A DNA stretch of 64,000 nt from positions 335,797 through 399,796 of IMG/VR virus record IMGVR_UViG_3300036770_003657, one strand, 5' to 3'. Positions 37,913 through 46,560 of this stretch are shown piece by piece. The translations under genes and the position numbers were made by a program. Numbering within the stretch: the stretch's first letter is position 1; each line of letters starts with the position of its first letter. Under the pieces are notes generated by a model. It was given only the letters and a program-made list of their open reading frames with translations. It ran no database searches and was not told the origin of the DNA.

Positions 37913-38853
37913 TTTTTTTTTGTAAGTATGGCAGCAAGTCTACGGCTATAAGCAGCAGTTTCTCTCATAGCACGACCTGCTGGTTCCGCTGCCCCTGCTG
38001 CACCAAGTTCATCTTCCATACCTGCTGCTGCTTCTGGAGCACCTACTTCTGGAGCACCCATACCACCCATACCCATGCCTGCGCCACCTGGAGCTTCTGT
38101 GCCTGTTAATACTGCTACTGCCTGTGCTAGTGCTTGACGATTTTTCTCTAAGGCCAAATATATTTCATCTAGAGCAGGACGAACTGTTTGTTCAAAACTG
38201 CTACTAATATCGGTGCCCATCTCATCTCTTATAGAGTCTAATAAGTCTAACATGGCTTCGGACTTCATGCTTGCTACATCCTCTAGCCAGCCTGTGATAC
38301 GATCTGTCATGTCCTTAGCGGCCATGATTAACTCTGCCTTTTCTTCTTCGCCTTCTGTTAACATAAGGTCACGTACTACACCTTTAGCACTGGTCTCATC
38401 TAGGTCGTAACGAATGATTAGTTCACTAATGATTTCCTCGCCAGCATCACGTTCCATCATAAGACGTTGACGAGCATTGGTAGTCCATTGTTGTGGTAGT
38501 TTATGACTGCGTAGTCTACGCTGTGCCATATGATATTCTTTTAAGTTCTTTGCCTTGCGCTCTTTCTTTGCCTTCTTGTCTTTATCTTCTTCGCCTTTCA
38601 TTTCACGCTCAGCAATTTCTTGATTAATTACATCAAGCATTCTTTGATTCTTTTGGTATCTGTGATCACCTAATACACTGTCATAACTGTTGCTACTTTC
38701 AAATTGGCTTTGACTAGTACGTAGTTTATTACGAGCATCATGTAGTTGCTCCATTGTAAACTTTTCTAAGACTAGTTTATATCCAAACTGTTTACCTAGG
38801 TTTTCGTTTAATTTACGACTTGTAATGGGTTTTTGAAGATCATTGATATTCAT
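37909..38853 (-). CDS. Acidic helical protein, possibly prohead core / scaffold-like
   Basis: 314 aa; several L/I-x-E sites; Gly/Ala/Met-rich tail; ends ACA AAA AAA AAG TAA; TAAATA upstream. Confidence 0.6.
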   Translation of the reverse strand: MNINDLQKPITSRKLNENLGKQFGYKLVLEKFTMEQLHDARNKLRTSQSQFESSNSYDSVLGDHRYQKNQRMLDVINQEIAEREMKGEEDKDKKAKKERKAKNLKEYHMAQRRLRSHKLPQQWTTNARQRLMMERDAGEEIISELIIRYDLDETSAKGVVRDLMLTEGEEEKAELIMAAKDMTDRITGWLEDVASMKSEAMLDLLDSIRDEMGTDISSSFEQTVRPALDEIYLALEKNRQALAQAVAVLTGTEAPGGAGMGMGGMGAPEVGAPEAAAGMEDELGAAGAAEPAGRAMRETAAYSRRLAAILTKKK

Positions 38854-38878
38854 ACCGAGTTCCTAATATTTAAGATAT

Positions 38879-39346
38879 TTATCTAAATGAGTGATTAAAC
38901 GCCTGCGTTATTTCGTTGCGATACCACTGGCTTCTGTCTCTGGATTGCTCATATCTCCATAAGAACACATCCCTTTTAACTTCATCTTTGGTCTTGCCAA
39001 ATAATTCTTTAAAATGTACGCTGTCTGTATAACTACTCCAATAACGTTGATCTAGGTCTTTGGTTCTACTTAGTTCCATTATTCTATTATGTTTGTGCTG
39101 TTTAGCCGCTATTAATGCGCTGCTTTTTAAGTAGAAGGTGTATATGCTGTTCTTATAGCGTTTACCGTGTTGTATAAGATCCCATTGGCCATTACGATTT
39201 TTTCTTATTACATAGTTATAATAGCCTACACTGCCATCACTTAGTACCACTGTGGGCATAATGTTTTTAACTTCACCAAGTAATCGTTCAAACCTTTTAA
39301 CTGCTTTATCTATTGACATTGGCCACAACCTTTGGATTAACCTCAC
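38879..39346 (-). CDS. Hypothetical protein
   Basis: 155-aa ORF in a late operon; start uncertain. Confidence 0.65.
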   Translation of the reverse strand: MRLIQRLWPMSIDKAVKRFERLLGEVKNIMPTVVLSDGSVGYYNYVIRKNRNGQWDLIQHGKRYKNSIYTFYLKSSALIAAKQHKHNRIMELSRTKDLDQRYWSSYTDSVHFKELFGKTKDEVKRDVFLWRYEQSRDRSQWYRNEITQAFNHSFR

Positions 39347-39509
39347 CTATCTTGATCAGTAGGCTTTTACGTATTAGGCCTTCTGCTACTTGCTGATCTC
39401 GCTCAGGTAACATACTTAGCAGAGTAGGCCTAGTCAGCTTGGTCAATAAGGCACGCTCCTCATTAGTTGTCCAAATTTCAAAACTACGTACTAGTTCGTT
39501 TATTTTCAT
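39306..39509 (-). CDS. Hypothetical protein with MKINEL N-terminus
   Basis: 67 aa; ATGA overlap. Confidence 0.7.
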   Translation of the reverse strand: MKINELVRSFEIWTTNEERALLTKLTRPTLLSMLPERDQQVAEGLIRKSLLIKIGEVNPKVVANVNR

Positions 39510-40390
39510 AGTCCAGCTAATTTTTTAAGGTTGATAACATCCTGGCTTTGATTAGTATTGGCCTTTGGCTGTATGTTAGATACTCTGCGGGCTAGTGCGA
39601 CTATATCATTGGTCTCGCCGACAAATTTTTTGTCCTGTGTAATCTGTTGCATGGCCTTACGCATCATGGCCTTCTCTCTATTCTTATCGTTATAGCCTGT
39701 AGGCACATAATCTTCACGAGGTAAGCCCTGTTGGAATTTAGCAAAGGCTCTTGGATCAACTCCCATACGTTGAGCACTGGCATCTGTGCCCATTAAATGT
39801 GCTATATCATCTGGATCAGCTGCTTGTCCAACCATTTTAGTAATTCCCTTTTGACCGTTATTAAAAGGAGTATCTGTAGATATAGATGCGTTTTTGTTTA
39901 CTCTATAAGTACCACCGGTGTGTACAGGTTGTCCTTGAGCATTTTTAGTCATTGACATATCTATAGGCCCGGCTTGATATCTATCCGTAGTGTTACCTGC
40001 CTTATCAGTCCTTCTACTCAATCCTGCTATTGGTGTAGTTGCTTGGGGCTCATCAAATATTTCCTCTGTTGCTGCTTGATCCTGTGGTTTAGGATTAGGA
40101 GTTAATGGGCTTCCTGGCTGACTGGGAGCATCCGTTCCACCAGCCATGTTTACTTCACTGCCTGGCTGTAATTGCGGCATTGGTGATGGTGCATTTGGAT
40201 CAGCTGTAGGGTTTACCATTACGCCTTGTGGCCCTTGCTGTATAGTGTTAGGATTTTTACTAGGATCAAATGTAGTCTGTGTTTGGGGATTATTAGGATC
40301 CTGTAGTGTTACCTTATTAGGCGTAGCCTGTATTACCTTCATCTTAGTCATTTGCTGAGGTTGTTGCCCAGTTACTTCAAATATTTTCAT
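39506..40390 (-). CDS. Pro/Gln-rich putative internal head protein
   Basis: MKIFEV N-terminus; C-terminal DVINLKKLAGL. Confidence 0.55.
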   Translation of the reverse strand: MKIFEVTGQQPQQMTKMKVIQATPNKVTLQDPNNPQTQTTFDPSKNPNTIQQGPQGVMVNPTADPNAPSPMPQLQPGSEVNMAGGTDAPSQPGSPLTPNPKPQDQAATEEIFDEPQATTPIAGLSRRTDKAGNTTDRYQAGPIDMSMTKNAQGQPVHTGGTYRVNKNASISTDTPFNNGQKGITKMVGQAADPDDIAHLMGTDASAQRMGVDPRAFAKFQQGLPREDYVPTGYNDKNREKAMMRKAMQQITQDKKFVGETNDIVALARRVSNIQPKANTNQSQDVINLKKLAGL

Positions 40391-41087
40391 CGTTCATCTC
40401 CAGGCTTAAACCGCCAGCCTCTAATTTACTTATATGATTTCGTAGCTTTTCAATAAGACCTTTGGCACGTAATACCTTAAATGCTACATTCTCTACACCT
40501 AACTCACCTGTTTGGCTCAGTCCATGTTGACGCATCTTTCTAATATCATCATAGACATTTTGTACAGCATTGATATCTTTACTCTTTAGGGCCAGTTTAA
40601 TTTTACCCTTAAAATGTTTGTACTTTTCACCGACCAGTTGTCTATCTAAATTATCATGCACTGCTTGTGGAGTCTTAAGCCAACGATCATCTAGTATGCT
40701 ATATATTCCTGCACTAGTATGAGGCTGTTCGCTGTCCTGTACATATACTTCTACATCAATACCTTTGACTTGAATATCATAGGTAAAATTGTACAAGTTC
40801 TTCTTAGCATCAAATAGCTGCTTATATACTTCCTTGCGCTCGGGGTCGATGTCAACGATTAGGTGTAGGTCAATATCACTAGCACGACTATAAGTATACC
40901 CTGCATTACTGCCGCTTATGGTTATATCTTGTAAGTTAAGAGGTTTAATATCTATAAAGTTAATAAAGTTACGAGCTATTTTTAGTAATAGATATCTTAC
41001 TTCTGGCTTGAGTTTACCTTTACGCCATAGTTTACTGTTAAGTCTATTATGAAATATGACTGCTGTACTGACCAGGTCTTCGTGCAT
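40377..41087 (-). CDS. Nucleotidyltransferase (Pol beta superfamily)
   Basis: ITISGSNAGYTYSRASDIDLHL (GS...DxD) and DVEVYVQD. Confidence 0.75.
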   Translation of the reverse strand: MHEDLVSTAVIFHNRLNSKLWRKGKLKPEVRYLLLKIARNFINFIDIKPLNLQDITISGSNAGYTYSRASDIDLHLIVDIDPERKEVYKQLFDAKKNLYNFTYDIQVKGIDVEVYVQDSEQPHTSAGIYSILDDRWLKTPQAVHDNLDRQLVGEKYKHFKGKIKLALKSKDINAVQNVYDDIRKMRQHGLSQTGELGVENVAFKVLRAKGLIEKLRNHISKLEAGGLSLEMNDENI

Positions 41088-41094
41088 TCCATAT

Positions 41095-41490
41095 TTATCT
41101 TAACATTTCAAAACTAATGTTGACACCAGGCATCCATAAAGCTGGTGTACAATCAACTGTTTCTGTAAGGTTAGGTATATAAGGAACTAGTTTAAAGTCC
41201 TTTTTAAGCAGAGCGACATCATCATGTTCTTCTAAGAATACAAACTCCATTTCAACACGCCATTCAAATAGCCAAATATTGCTAAGTTTTTTTCCTACCA
41301 TACCGTATGTTTCAGGTATACCAATAATCACTTTAGGATCATGATCAAATTGGATGTTCGATCTCATTCCAATGGTATTGAGTAATGTGTCAAAGTTTTG
41401 TTGTTGGCTTCGAGCCTGTTCTTTGCCTTCTTCGTTACGATATTGTTTTGTATGGCTAATGTCTACAGTGGTATAAAGTCTATATTGCAT
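41095..41490 (-). CDS. Hypothetical protein
   Basis: 131 aa; TAAATA upstream. Confidence 0.7.
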   Translation of the reverse strand: MQYRLYTTVDISHTKQYRNEEGKEQARSQQQNFDTLLNTIGMRSNIQFDHDPKVIIGIPETYGMVGKKLSNIWLFEWRVEMEFVFLEEHDDVALLKKDFKLVPYIPNLTETVDCTPALWMPGVNISFEMLR

Positions 41491-41509
41491 CCACTATTTA
41501 CTACGTAGA

Positions 41510-41875
41510 TTATTTTCCCATTATCATCTTGATTATATTGTCACCATGAGCACCTACCCAACCAATAACAATAGCAGCGCCGCTTATAATGTATACCCAC
41601 TTCATCTTAAATTGTTCTAGGCTACTGATCTTTTTACTTAGAGCACGATCTGCTTCATCCTGTTCAAGTTTACGCTGGTCCAATTTTTGATAAAAGGCAT
41701 TACGATTAACTTCGTACTTTTCTTCCATGTCATCAAGCTTCTTCATCATGGTCTCATGATTATCCTTGATACTAGTTTTAGTATCTTTTACGTCCTGCTT
41801 GATGTCATCTACTTTTTCATTTAAGTGTTCGACTTTCGTCTCCACAACACCCATTCTTTCTTCCATGGTAGGCAT
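41510..41875 (-). CDS. Coiled-coil protein with C-terminal TM
   Basis: Heptad region, then WVYIISGAAIVIGWVGA; GAGG RBS; TATAAATA upstream. Confidence 0.7.
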   Translation of the reverse strand: MPTMEERMGVVETKVEHLNEKVDDIKQDVKDTKTSIKDNHETMMKKLDDMEEKYEVNRNAFYQKLDQRKLEQDEADRALSKKISSLEQFKMKWVYIISGAAIVIGWVGAHGDNIIKMIMGK

Positions 41876-41956
41876 ATGGTAACCTCTTTAATTGTTCTCC
41901 AAATATTTATAATGGTGATAGACAAAAGTTTTATACGCATAAAAGTTTTTTAAACA

Positions 41957-41981
41957 AATAAAAAGGGCTCCGAAGAGCCCT
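41957..41981 (-). terminator. Rho-independent terminator with a C(UUCG)G tetraloop
   Basis: AGGGCTC-TTCG-GAGCCCT-TTTATTT on the minus strand. Confidence 0.85.
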
Positions 41982-42015
41982 AGTTTCCCATCCCGAATGA
42001 GAATTTTAAATCTTA

Positions 42016-42489
42016 TTATACACCTAGTAGAGTTGTTAGTCTAGCTACAGTTAGTGTACCGTCTACAACTGTGACTTCATCACCAACGATTCCATCTACA
42101 CCACCACCAGCACCACTGCTGTAACCATCATCAATATAGTCATCTAACTCACCTGTGCCACCTAATGCTCTATTGGCACGACGTGCAATAATGTTTGCAT
42201 CTAATGCGTGTGCATCACCAACAAAGATCATTTGAGTTGATGTTACTGGACTACCAATACGCTTGAATTCAAGCAATGCGCCTGTAGTACCAAACTCTTG
42301 AGCTAGTTTTTCTAAATTACTAGCAATACCGCCTGTGCCTAGATCACCGTTATATGTGATTAACCATGGGCGAATTTGTAAATGATCATATAGTGTACCT
42401 GGTACTTGACCAATACCATTTTGTCTACCTGTTACTAGGCCGGGTGTTCCTGGAAATCCTTCCTCGGCCCACATTTTCATTTCTGGCAT
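42016..42489 (-). CDS. Probable abundant virion (head decoration-like) protein
   Basis: Own TAAATA, 5' hairpin (CCCGT/ACGGG), strong GAGGAG RBS and UUCG terminator; Gly-rich. Confidence 0.5.
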   Translation of the reverse strand: MPEMKMWAEEGFPGTPGLVTGRQNGIGQVPGTLYDHLQIRPWLITYNGDLGTGGIASNLEKLAQEFGTTGALLEFKRIGSPVTSTQMIFVGDAHALDANIIARRANRALGGTGELDDYIDDGYSSGAGGGVDGIVGDEVTVVDGTLTVARLTTLLGV

Positions 42490-42589
42490 AATATTCTCCT
42501 CGTTGCCTTTGCCCGTTAACTCTACGGGACTTGTAAATTTATTTATCGAATTTTGGAAAAACTAACCAGATAGGGTAGATTTTGGTAGT

Positions 42590-42850
42590 TTAAGATTTTA
42601 CCTTACGGCTCTCGTGTACTTTACCCATACCACGTTTGAACTTATCACTGTCACCACTACGTATAGCGTTGATAAAGCGTCTTTCTAATTCAGTAGCAGT
42701 TTCTAAATCATAGTTTTCACGTATGAGTTTGAGAAGATTGATAGCACTGGCTACTAGGTTTACACCTTTAGTCTCTATAAGGTGGTCCTTATTTCTTATT
42801 AAACTAATTTCGTTAAGCTCTTCTAAGATACTTCTAGTGCTTTTTTTCAT
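42590..42850 (-). CDS. Conserved phage hypothetical protein
   Basis: MKKSTRSILEELNE...ERRFINAIR; TATAAATA upstream. Confidence 0.7.
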   Translation of the reverse strand: MKKSTRSILEELNEISLIRNKDHLIETKGVNLVASAINLLKLIRENYDLETATELERRFINAIRSGDSDKFKRGMGKVHESRKVKS

Positions 42851-42881
42851 AGCATCCTCTCACCTTTTATTTATAGTTGAC

Positions 42882-42911
42882 TTGACACCCATACTAATAG
42901 TTTATTATAAT
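42882..42911 (+). promoter_or_regulatory. Sigma70-type promoter
   Basis: TTGACA (42882) -18- TATAAT (42906). Confidence 0.7.
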
Positions 42912-42963
42912 GCTGCATTGCCACATAAATACACATATAGACATATACACATGGAGAATAACA

Positions 42964-43137
42964 ATGACTATTTCCTCTTTCATGCTCAATATCCTTGAGC
43001 GTCTGGTAGAAATGTTTCCAAAGGATGGTTACCAAAGTCGTTTGGAACGTTATCTTAGTACCAAAAGCATTACCGATGCTGCAACTCTTGACACATACAT
43101 CAAAGAGTTTGAATATAAATCTCACAAGGACAATTAA
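42964..43137 (+). CDS. Small protein, DUF3563-like
   Basis: MTISSFMLNILERLVEMFP...QSRLERYLS.KSITDAATLD; GGAG RBS. Confidence 0.5.
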   Translation: MTISSFMLNILERLVEMFPKDGYQSRLERYLSTKSITDAATLDTYIKEFEYKSHKDN

Positions 43138-43138
43138 A

Positions 43139-43249
43139 ATGATCTCAATTATTACATCAATCGCATATCGTATTTTTAAGGCATTAGAGCAGAGTGGGCA
43201 AGCTCGTGCTCGTAGATACCTCAGTTTACATAAAGGAACTTGGCAATGA
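43139..43249 (+). CDS. Small hypothetical protein (36 aa)
   Basis: MISIITSIAYRIFKALEQSGQARARRYL...; AAGGA upstream. Confidence 0.55.
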   Translation: MISIITSIAYRIFKALEQSGQARARRYLSLHKGTWQ

Positions 43250-43353
43250 AAATTATTAACTTACTAAGAGAAGTCTTATGCCAGGCCTTACTAGCTAGCC
43301 ATCTTACTCGTAGAGGACGTTGGCAAAGTGCTGTTCGTCTAATGGGGAAATAA
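43246..43353 (+). CDS. Small hypothetical protein (35 aa)
   Basis: Not in the track. ATGA overlap; MKIINLLREVLCQALLASHLTRRGRWQSAVRLMGK. Confidence 0.55.
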   Translation: MKIINLLREVLCQALLASHLTRRGRWQSAVRLMGK

Positions 43354-43354
43354 T

Positions 43355-43489
43355 ATGATATTCTCTTTTTTAACTTTAAGTCTACTGGCTTTTGCTGCTT
43401 GGCTGGATGAACGATTGGAACACAAAGTTAATCCAGCATTAGGAGAAGAATGGGATTTCACTCATCCAGTTATTAAGAAAAAGCATTGA
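43355..43489 (+). CDS. Small hypothetical membrane protein (44 aa)
   Basis: Not in the track. MIFSFLTLSLLAFAAWLDERLE... Confidence 0.4.
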   Translation: MIFSFLTLSLLAFAAWLDERLEHKVNPALGEEWDFTHPVIKKKH

Positions 43490-43513
43490 CATAATTAAAT
43501 AATACTATATAAT
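43486..43513 (+). promoter_or_regulatory. Sigma70-type promoter
   Basis: TTGACA (43486) -16- TATAAT (43508). Confidence 0.65.
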
Positions 43514-43535
43514 ACACACACAGGGAGGAGTAGTA

Positions 43536-43814
43536 ATGATTTTATTTGGTCCAGATACAGTAATTGATGCTGTACAGAATATGAAACGCATGGTAGTAAA
43601 TCAGTTTATCACTGATGAAGTCGTGCGTACGGCTGCTCATAACTACATTGACAGTCAAACACAATTTGCCAGGATGTTGGTCAAGAATACATTTGATCTT
43701 GCTGCCAACACTCTAGGCCAATGCGGGACTTTGTTCCCAGAAGTAAAGGTATCCAAGGTGGATGCCGCCAATAATGACACACACTCAGAGGAGAATGAAA
43801 ATGTCAGAATTTAA
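43536..43814 (+). CDS. Phasin-like protein
   Basis: Amphipathic helical IDAVQNMKRMVVNQF...YIDSQTQFARMLVK, recalled from phage phasin-like proteins; GGAGG RBS. Confidence 0.5.
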   Translation: MILFGPDTVIDAVQNMKRMVVNQFITDEVVRTAAHNYIDSQTQFARMLVKNTFDLAANTLGQCGTLFPEVKVSKVDAANNDTHSEENENVRI

Positions 43815-44082
43815 CGGTTTACAACAAAAAATCAGCATGCCAGAAGTTAAGTTTAATAAAAATGGATATGAGATCCGCACAGAGATCTTAGGTATGGCCA
43901 AACAACTTGCCGAGTTTGAATACAGTGCTAAATTCCAAGGTTGGGAAATGAGCGCTACTCGTGATGAGAAGACAGGTCAAATCGTAACTACGGTAGGGAT
44001 GCCGCAGGTTCCAGGTTTGGAGCAGATTCTAACCACTGCACAGAAGATGTATGAATTTGTTAATCAGGGTACTAAACGATAA
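43801..44082 (+). CDS. Conserved phage hypothetical protein
   Basis: KNGYEIRTEILGMAK...ILTTAQKMYEFV; GAGGAG RBS. Confidence 0.7.
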   Translation: MSEFNGLQQKISMPEVKFNKNGYEIRTEILGMAKQLAEFEYSAKFQGWEMSATRDEKTGQIVTTVGMPQVPGLEQILTTAQKMYEFVNQGTKR

Positions 44083-44113
44083 AACAACTGCATAGCAGAT
44101 AAAATAATAATAC

Positions 44114-44135
44114 GGGGCCCTTGTGCCCCTTTTTT
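44114..44135 (+). terminator. Rho-independent terminator
   Basis: GGGGC-CCTTGT-GCCCC-TTTTTT. Confidence 0.8.
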
Positions 44136-44763
44136 ATTCGTAACTTACAGTGTTAGTATCACCCAATGCCCACTTAGGATTAGTTTCAACCCTATACACT
44201 TTGGTACATACCTTAAAGTCTGGAAACTTAAGTTCTTTTGGATTGCTGGCAGCGTCTAAAAATATACAACGATTGTTAGGCTGTGCCGCATATTGTCCGT
44301 TATCCAATTCTATAAAATTATAACTCTTGTGATCTTCTGGCCATTCACTATATGTAGTATCGATTACATTAGGATCAGCGTGTGCTTGATCCACTGTGAA
44401 CATATATGATCCACTATAGAATTGTTTATCCTTAGCATAGAACTTACAACTTAGATTTTTTAAAAAACTTTTTTGTATAACAGTCATATCGTAACTAAAG
44501 CAGTCCCATATCTGTAAAGTGTCTAATTCAAGTTGTGCGCCTAAGTTGTCTGTTCTACTTACAAATGCATTGATGGGCAACTTGTCATACAGTGCTCCAT
44601 AATTAGGCAAGTAAGCTTCTATCCTAAATGCCTGTCCTCTTATACTTTTAAGACTTACCCATATACAAGGCTCATAATCTCCTTGACCCTGTTCAAAATC
44701 ATATAAGAATTCACGTTTGATATAGCAGTGTATTGGAGGTATGTTGGCAACTAGAAAACTCAT
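44134..44763 (-). CDS. Conserved phage hypothetical protein
   Basis: 209 aa; LYDKLPINAF, LQIWDCFSY and QPNNRC motifs. Confidence 0.75.
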   Translation of the reverse strand: MSFLVANIPPIHCYIKREFLYDFEQGQGDYEPCIWVSLKSIRGQAFRIEAYLPNYGALYDKLPINAFVSRTDNLGAQLELDTLQIWDCFSYDMTVIQKSFLKNLSCKFYAKDKQFYSGSYMFTVDQAHADPNVIDTTYSEWPEDHKSYNFIELDNGQYAAQPNNRCIFLDAASNPKELKFPDFKVCTKVYRVETNPKWALGDTNTVSYE

Positions 44764-45461
44764 CTTAGTTTGGCCAAACCTAATAGCATTAGCATTTTAA
44801 GATATACATAGCCTATGTCTATTTCCCACCACTTTTCGCTGAGCTTGACACTGCTGGGCTTGTTATGGTGGTTGTTGTGGAGTTCCTCTCCTCCGATAAT
44901 GAATCCAAACGGTATAATATTTCTACTGCGATCAGAAGTTGAACTATTGCGATAGCCCCAATAATGCCCAATACCATTGATAACGCCCGCTGCCCAAAAT
45001 GGTATCCACGCCATCTGAATAAGCCAAATAAGAATACCCCAGCCATTAAAACATAAAGTGTTGATGATAAGAAGTGATAGTATGCCATGACAAGTATATT
45101 TACTATAAATGTTGCGTTCTACCCAATCATCAGGAGTACCTACTCCATATTGATCTATCATTGTACGATCTCTACTGGCTATATCATATAACCAAGCACC
45201 TTTAAACAGTACATTGCATATACCGTATACATGTGGACTATGTGGATCATTAAACTGATCTGTGAACCTATGATGCTTACGATGTATGGCTACCCATTCC
45301 TTAGTATTCATACCTGTTGTAAACCATAACCAAAAACGCATAAAGTGACTGACCACAGGATTGAACACTATACCCTTATGTGCCTGTCCACGATGTAAAA
45401 ATAATGTTACACATACTATAGTAATATGTGTAGCCGTTAAAAGATATAATAGTTCAATCAT
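44760..45461 (-). CDS. desA: Fatty acid (acyl-CoA delta-9-like) desaturase
   Basis: His boxes HRGQAH, HRKHH and HNNHH; TM segments. Confidence 0.92.
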   Translation of the reverse strand: MIELLYLLTATHITIVCVTLFLHRGQAHKGIVFNPVVSHFMRFWLWFTTGMNTKEWVAIHRKHHRFTDQFNDPHSPHVYGICNVLFKGAWLYDIASRDRTMIDQYGVGTPDDWVERNIYSKYTCHGILSLLIINTLCFNGWGILIWLIQMAWIPFWAAGVINGIGHYWGYRNSSTSDRSRNIIPFGFIIGGEELHNNHHNKPSSVKLSEKWWEIDIGYVYLKMLMLLGLAKLR

Positions 45462-46351
45462 AAGTGGTGTTTCACTCCAAGCTTGGCACCTAACATGTTC
45501 AAACTCATTAGGTATTTCTTTTGACTACTAGCAGCACGCTCTGGATCCCAACTGCTTTTATCTCCAGTATAGTTTTCATAATTGTCAGCATACTTAACCA
45601 TCATGGCTAATGGATTACCACTGTTAATTATAGCTTCTATATTTTGTCTATAGGTTAGGCTCTTGTTCTTTGTTAGTAGGCCCACTGCCTGTATGACCTG
45701 TGGTGTAAATTCTAACTTGGCCAGCTCATCTATACCAATATGTGTATCTTCTACCACATCGTGTAGGAAGGCTGTTTTCACTGCATCACTGTTAAACCTA
45801 CTGCCAAATATCTTCTTACCAGTTAAGGCCACTGCTCTAGGATGACGCCAATATGGTAGACTACCATATAGTTGATCACCGTGTGCTTGTTTAATAAACT
45901 TAAGAGTTTGTGCTACATTGAGTTCGTTAAGAGGTTCTATACTTTCAGCAAGTAGAGCAGCATGTTGAAATAGCTCTGGGTTCATCTTACCCCATAGTCT
46001 CATTATTACAGCAGCCTTAGCATTAGCTTCATTCTCATGTTCACTACCATCCTCTCCACTATCTGGAGTGAGCACTCCCATACTATCTTGTTTATAGTGG
46101 ACTAGTTCATGTGCTAGAGTTCTAAGTACATCCATAATGTGTCTATTTCCCACATTAAGCTCTATACGTCCACCCATATAGCCACCAAAGCTACGACGAC
46201 TACTGGCCAGTTTGGGATCACTATATAATTTAATCTTAGGTAGGTCGTTCAATTTTATGTGTTTACTAGCGAACCTTAAAAAGTTTTGAATAATAGACTT
46301 GGTTTCATCATCTACCCTAGGTGGTTTTTCTTTTAGCTCTTTAAAGTTCAT
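45458..46351 (-). CDS. Two-domain protein: HExxH zincin-like domain plus RelA/SpoT-type HD hydrolase
   Basis: TLAHELVHYKQ; PYWRHPRAVA...AFLHDVVEDT...VKYADNYEN. Confidence 0.75.
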   Translation of the reverse strand: MNFKELKEKPPRVDDETKSIIQNFLRFASKHIKLNDLPKIKLYSDPKLASSRRSFGGYMGGRIELNVGNRHIMDVLRTLAHELVHYKQDSMGVLTPDSGEDGSEHENEANAKAAVIMRLWGKMNPELFQHAALLAESIEPLNELNVAQTLKFIKQAHGDQLYGSLPYWRHPRAVALTGKKIFGSRFNSDAVKTAFLHDVVEDTHIGIDELAKLEFTPQVIQAVGLLTKNKSLTYRQNIEAIINSGNPLAMMVKYADNYENYTGDKSSWDPERAASSQKKYLMSLNMLGAKLGVKHHL

Positions 46352-46560
46352 ATGAATCTTTTATTCTTATTTTGTTCTATAAATGCCTGGTGCTTTATTG
46401 CTCTACAATTATCACAATCACATTCTTTACACTCACATTCTACACATTGTTCTTTACTACAATGATGTGCGTGTCCGCAAGTATGACATGGAGTAAACAA
46501 TCTCTGAGTATTTCCATCTAATGCATCTAATATAGTAAACATGCTCATTTTTAACTCCAA
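46348..46560 (-). CDS. Small Cys/His-rich metal-binding protein
   Basis: CHTCGHAHHCSKEQCVECECKECDCDNC (9 Cys, 4 His). Confidence 0.55.
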   Translation of the reverse strand: MELKMSMFTILDALDGNTQRLFTPCHTCGHAHHCSKEQCVECECKECDCDNCRAIKHQAFIEQNKNKRFI

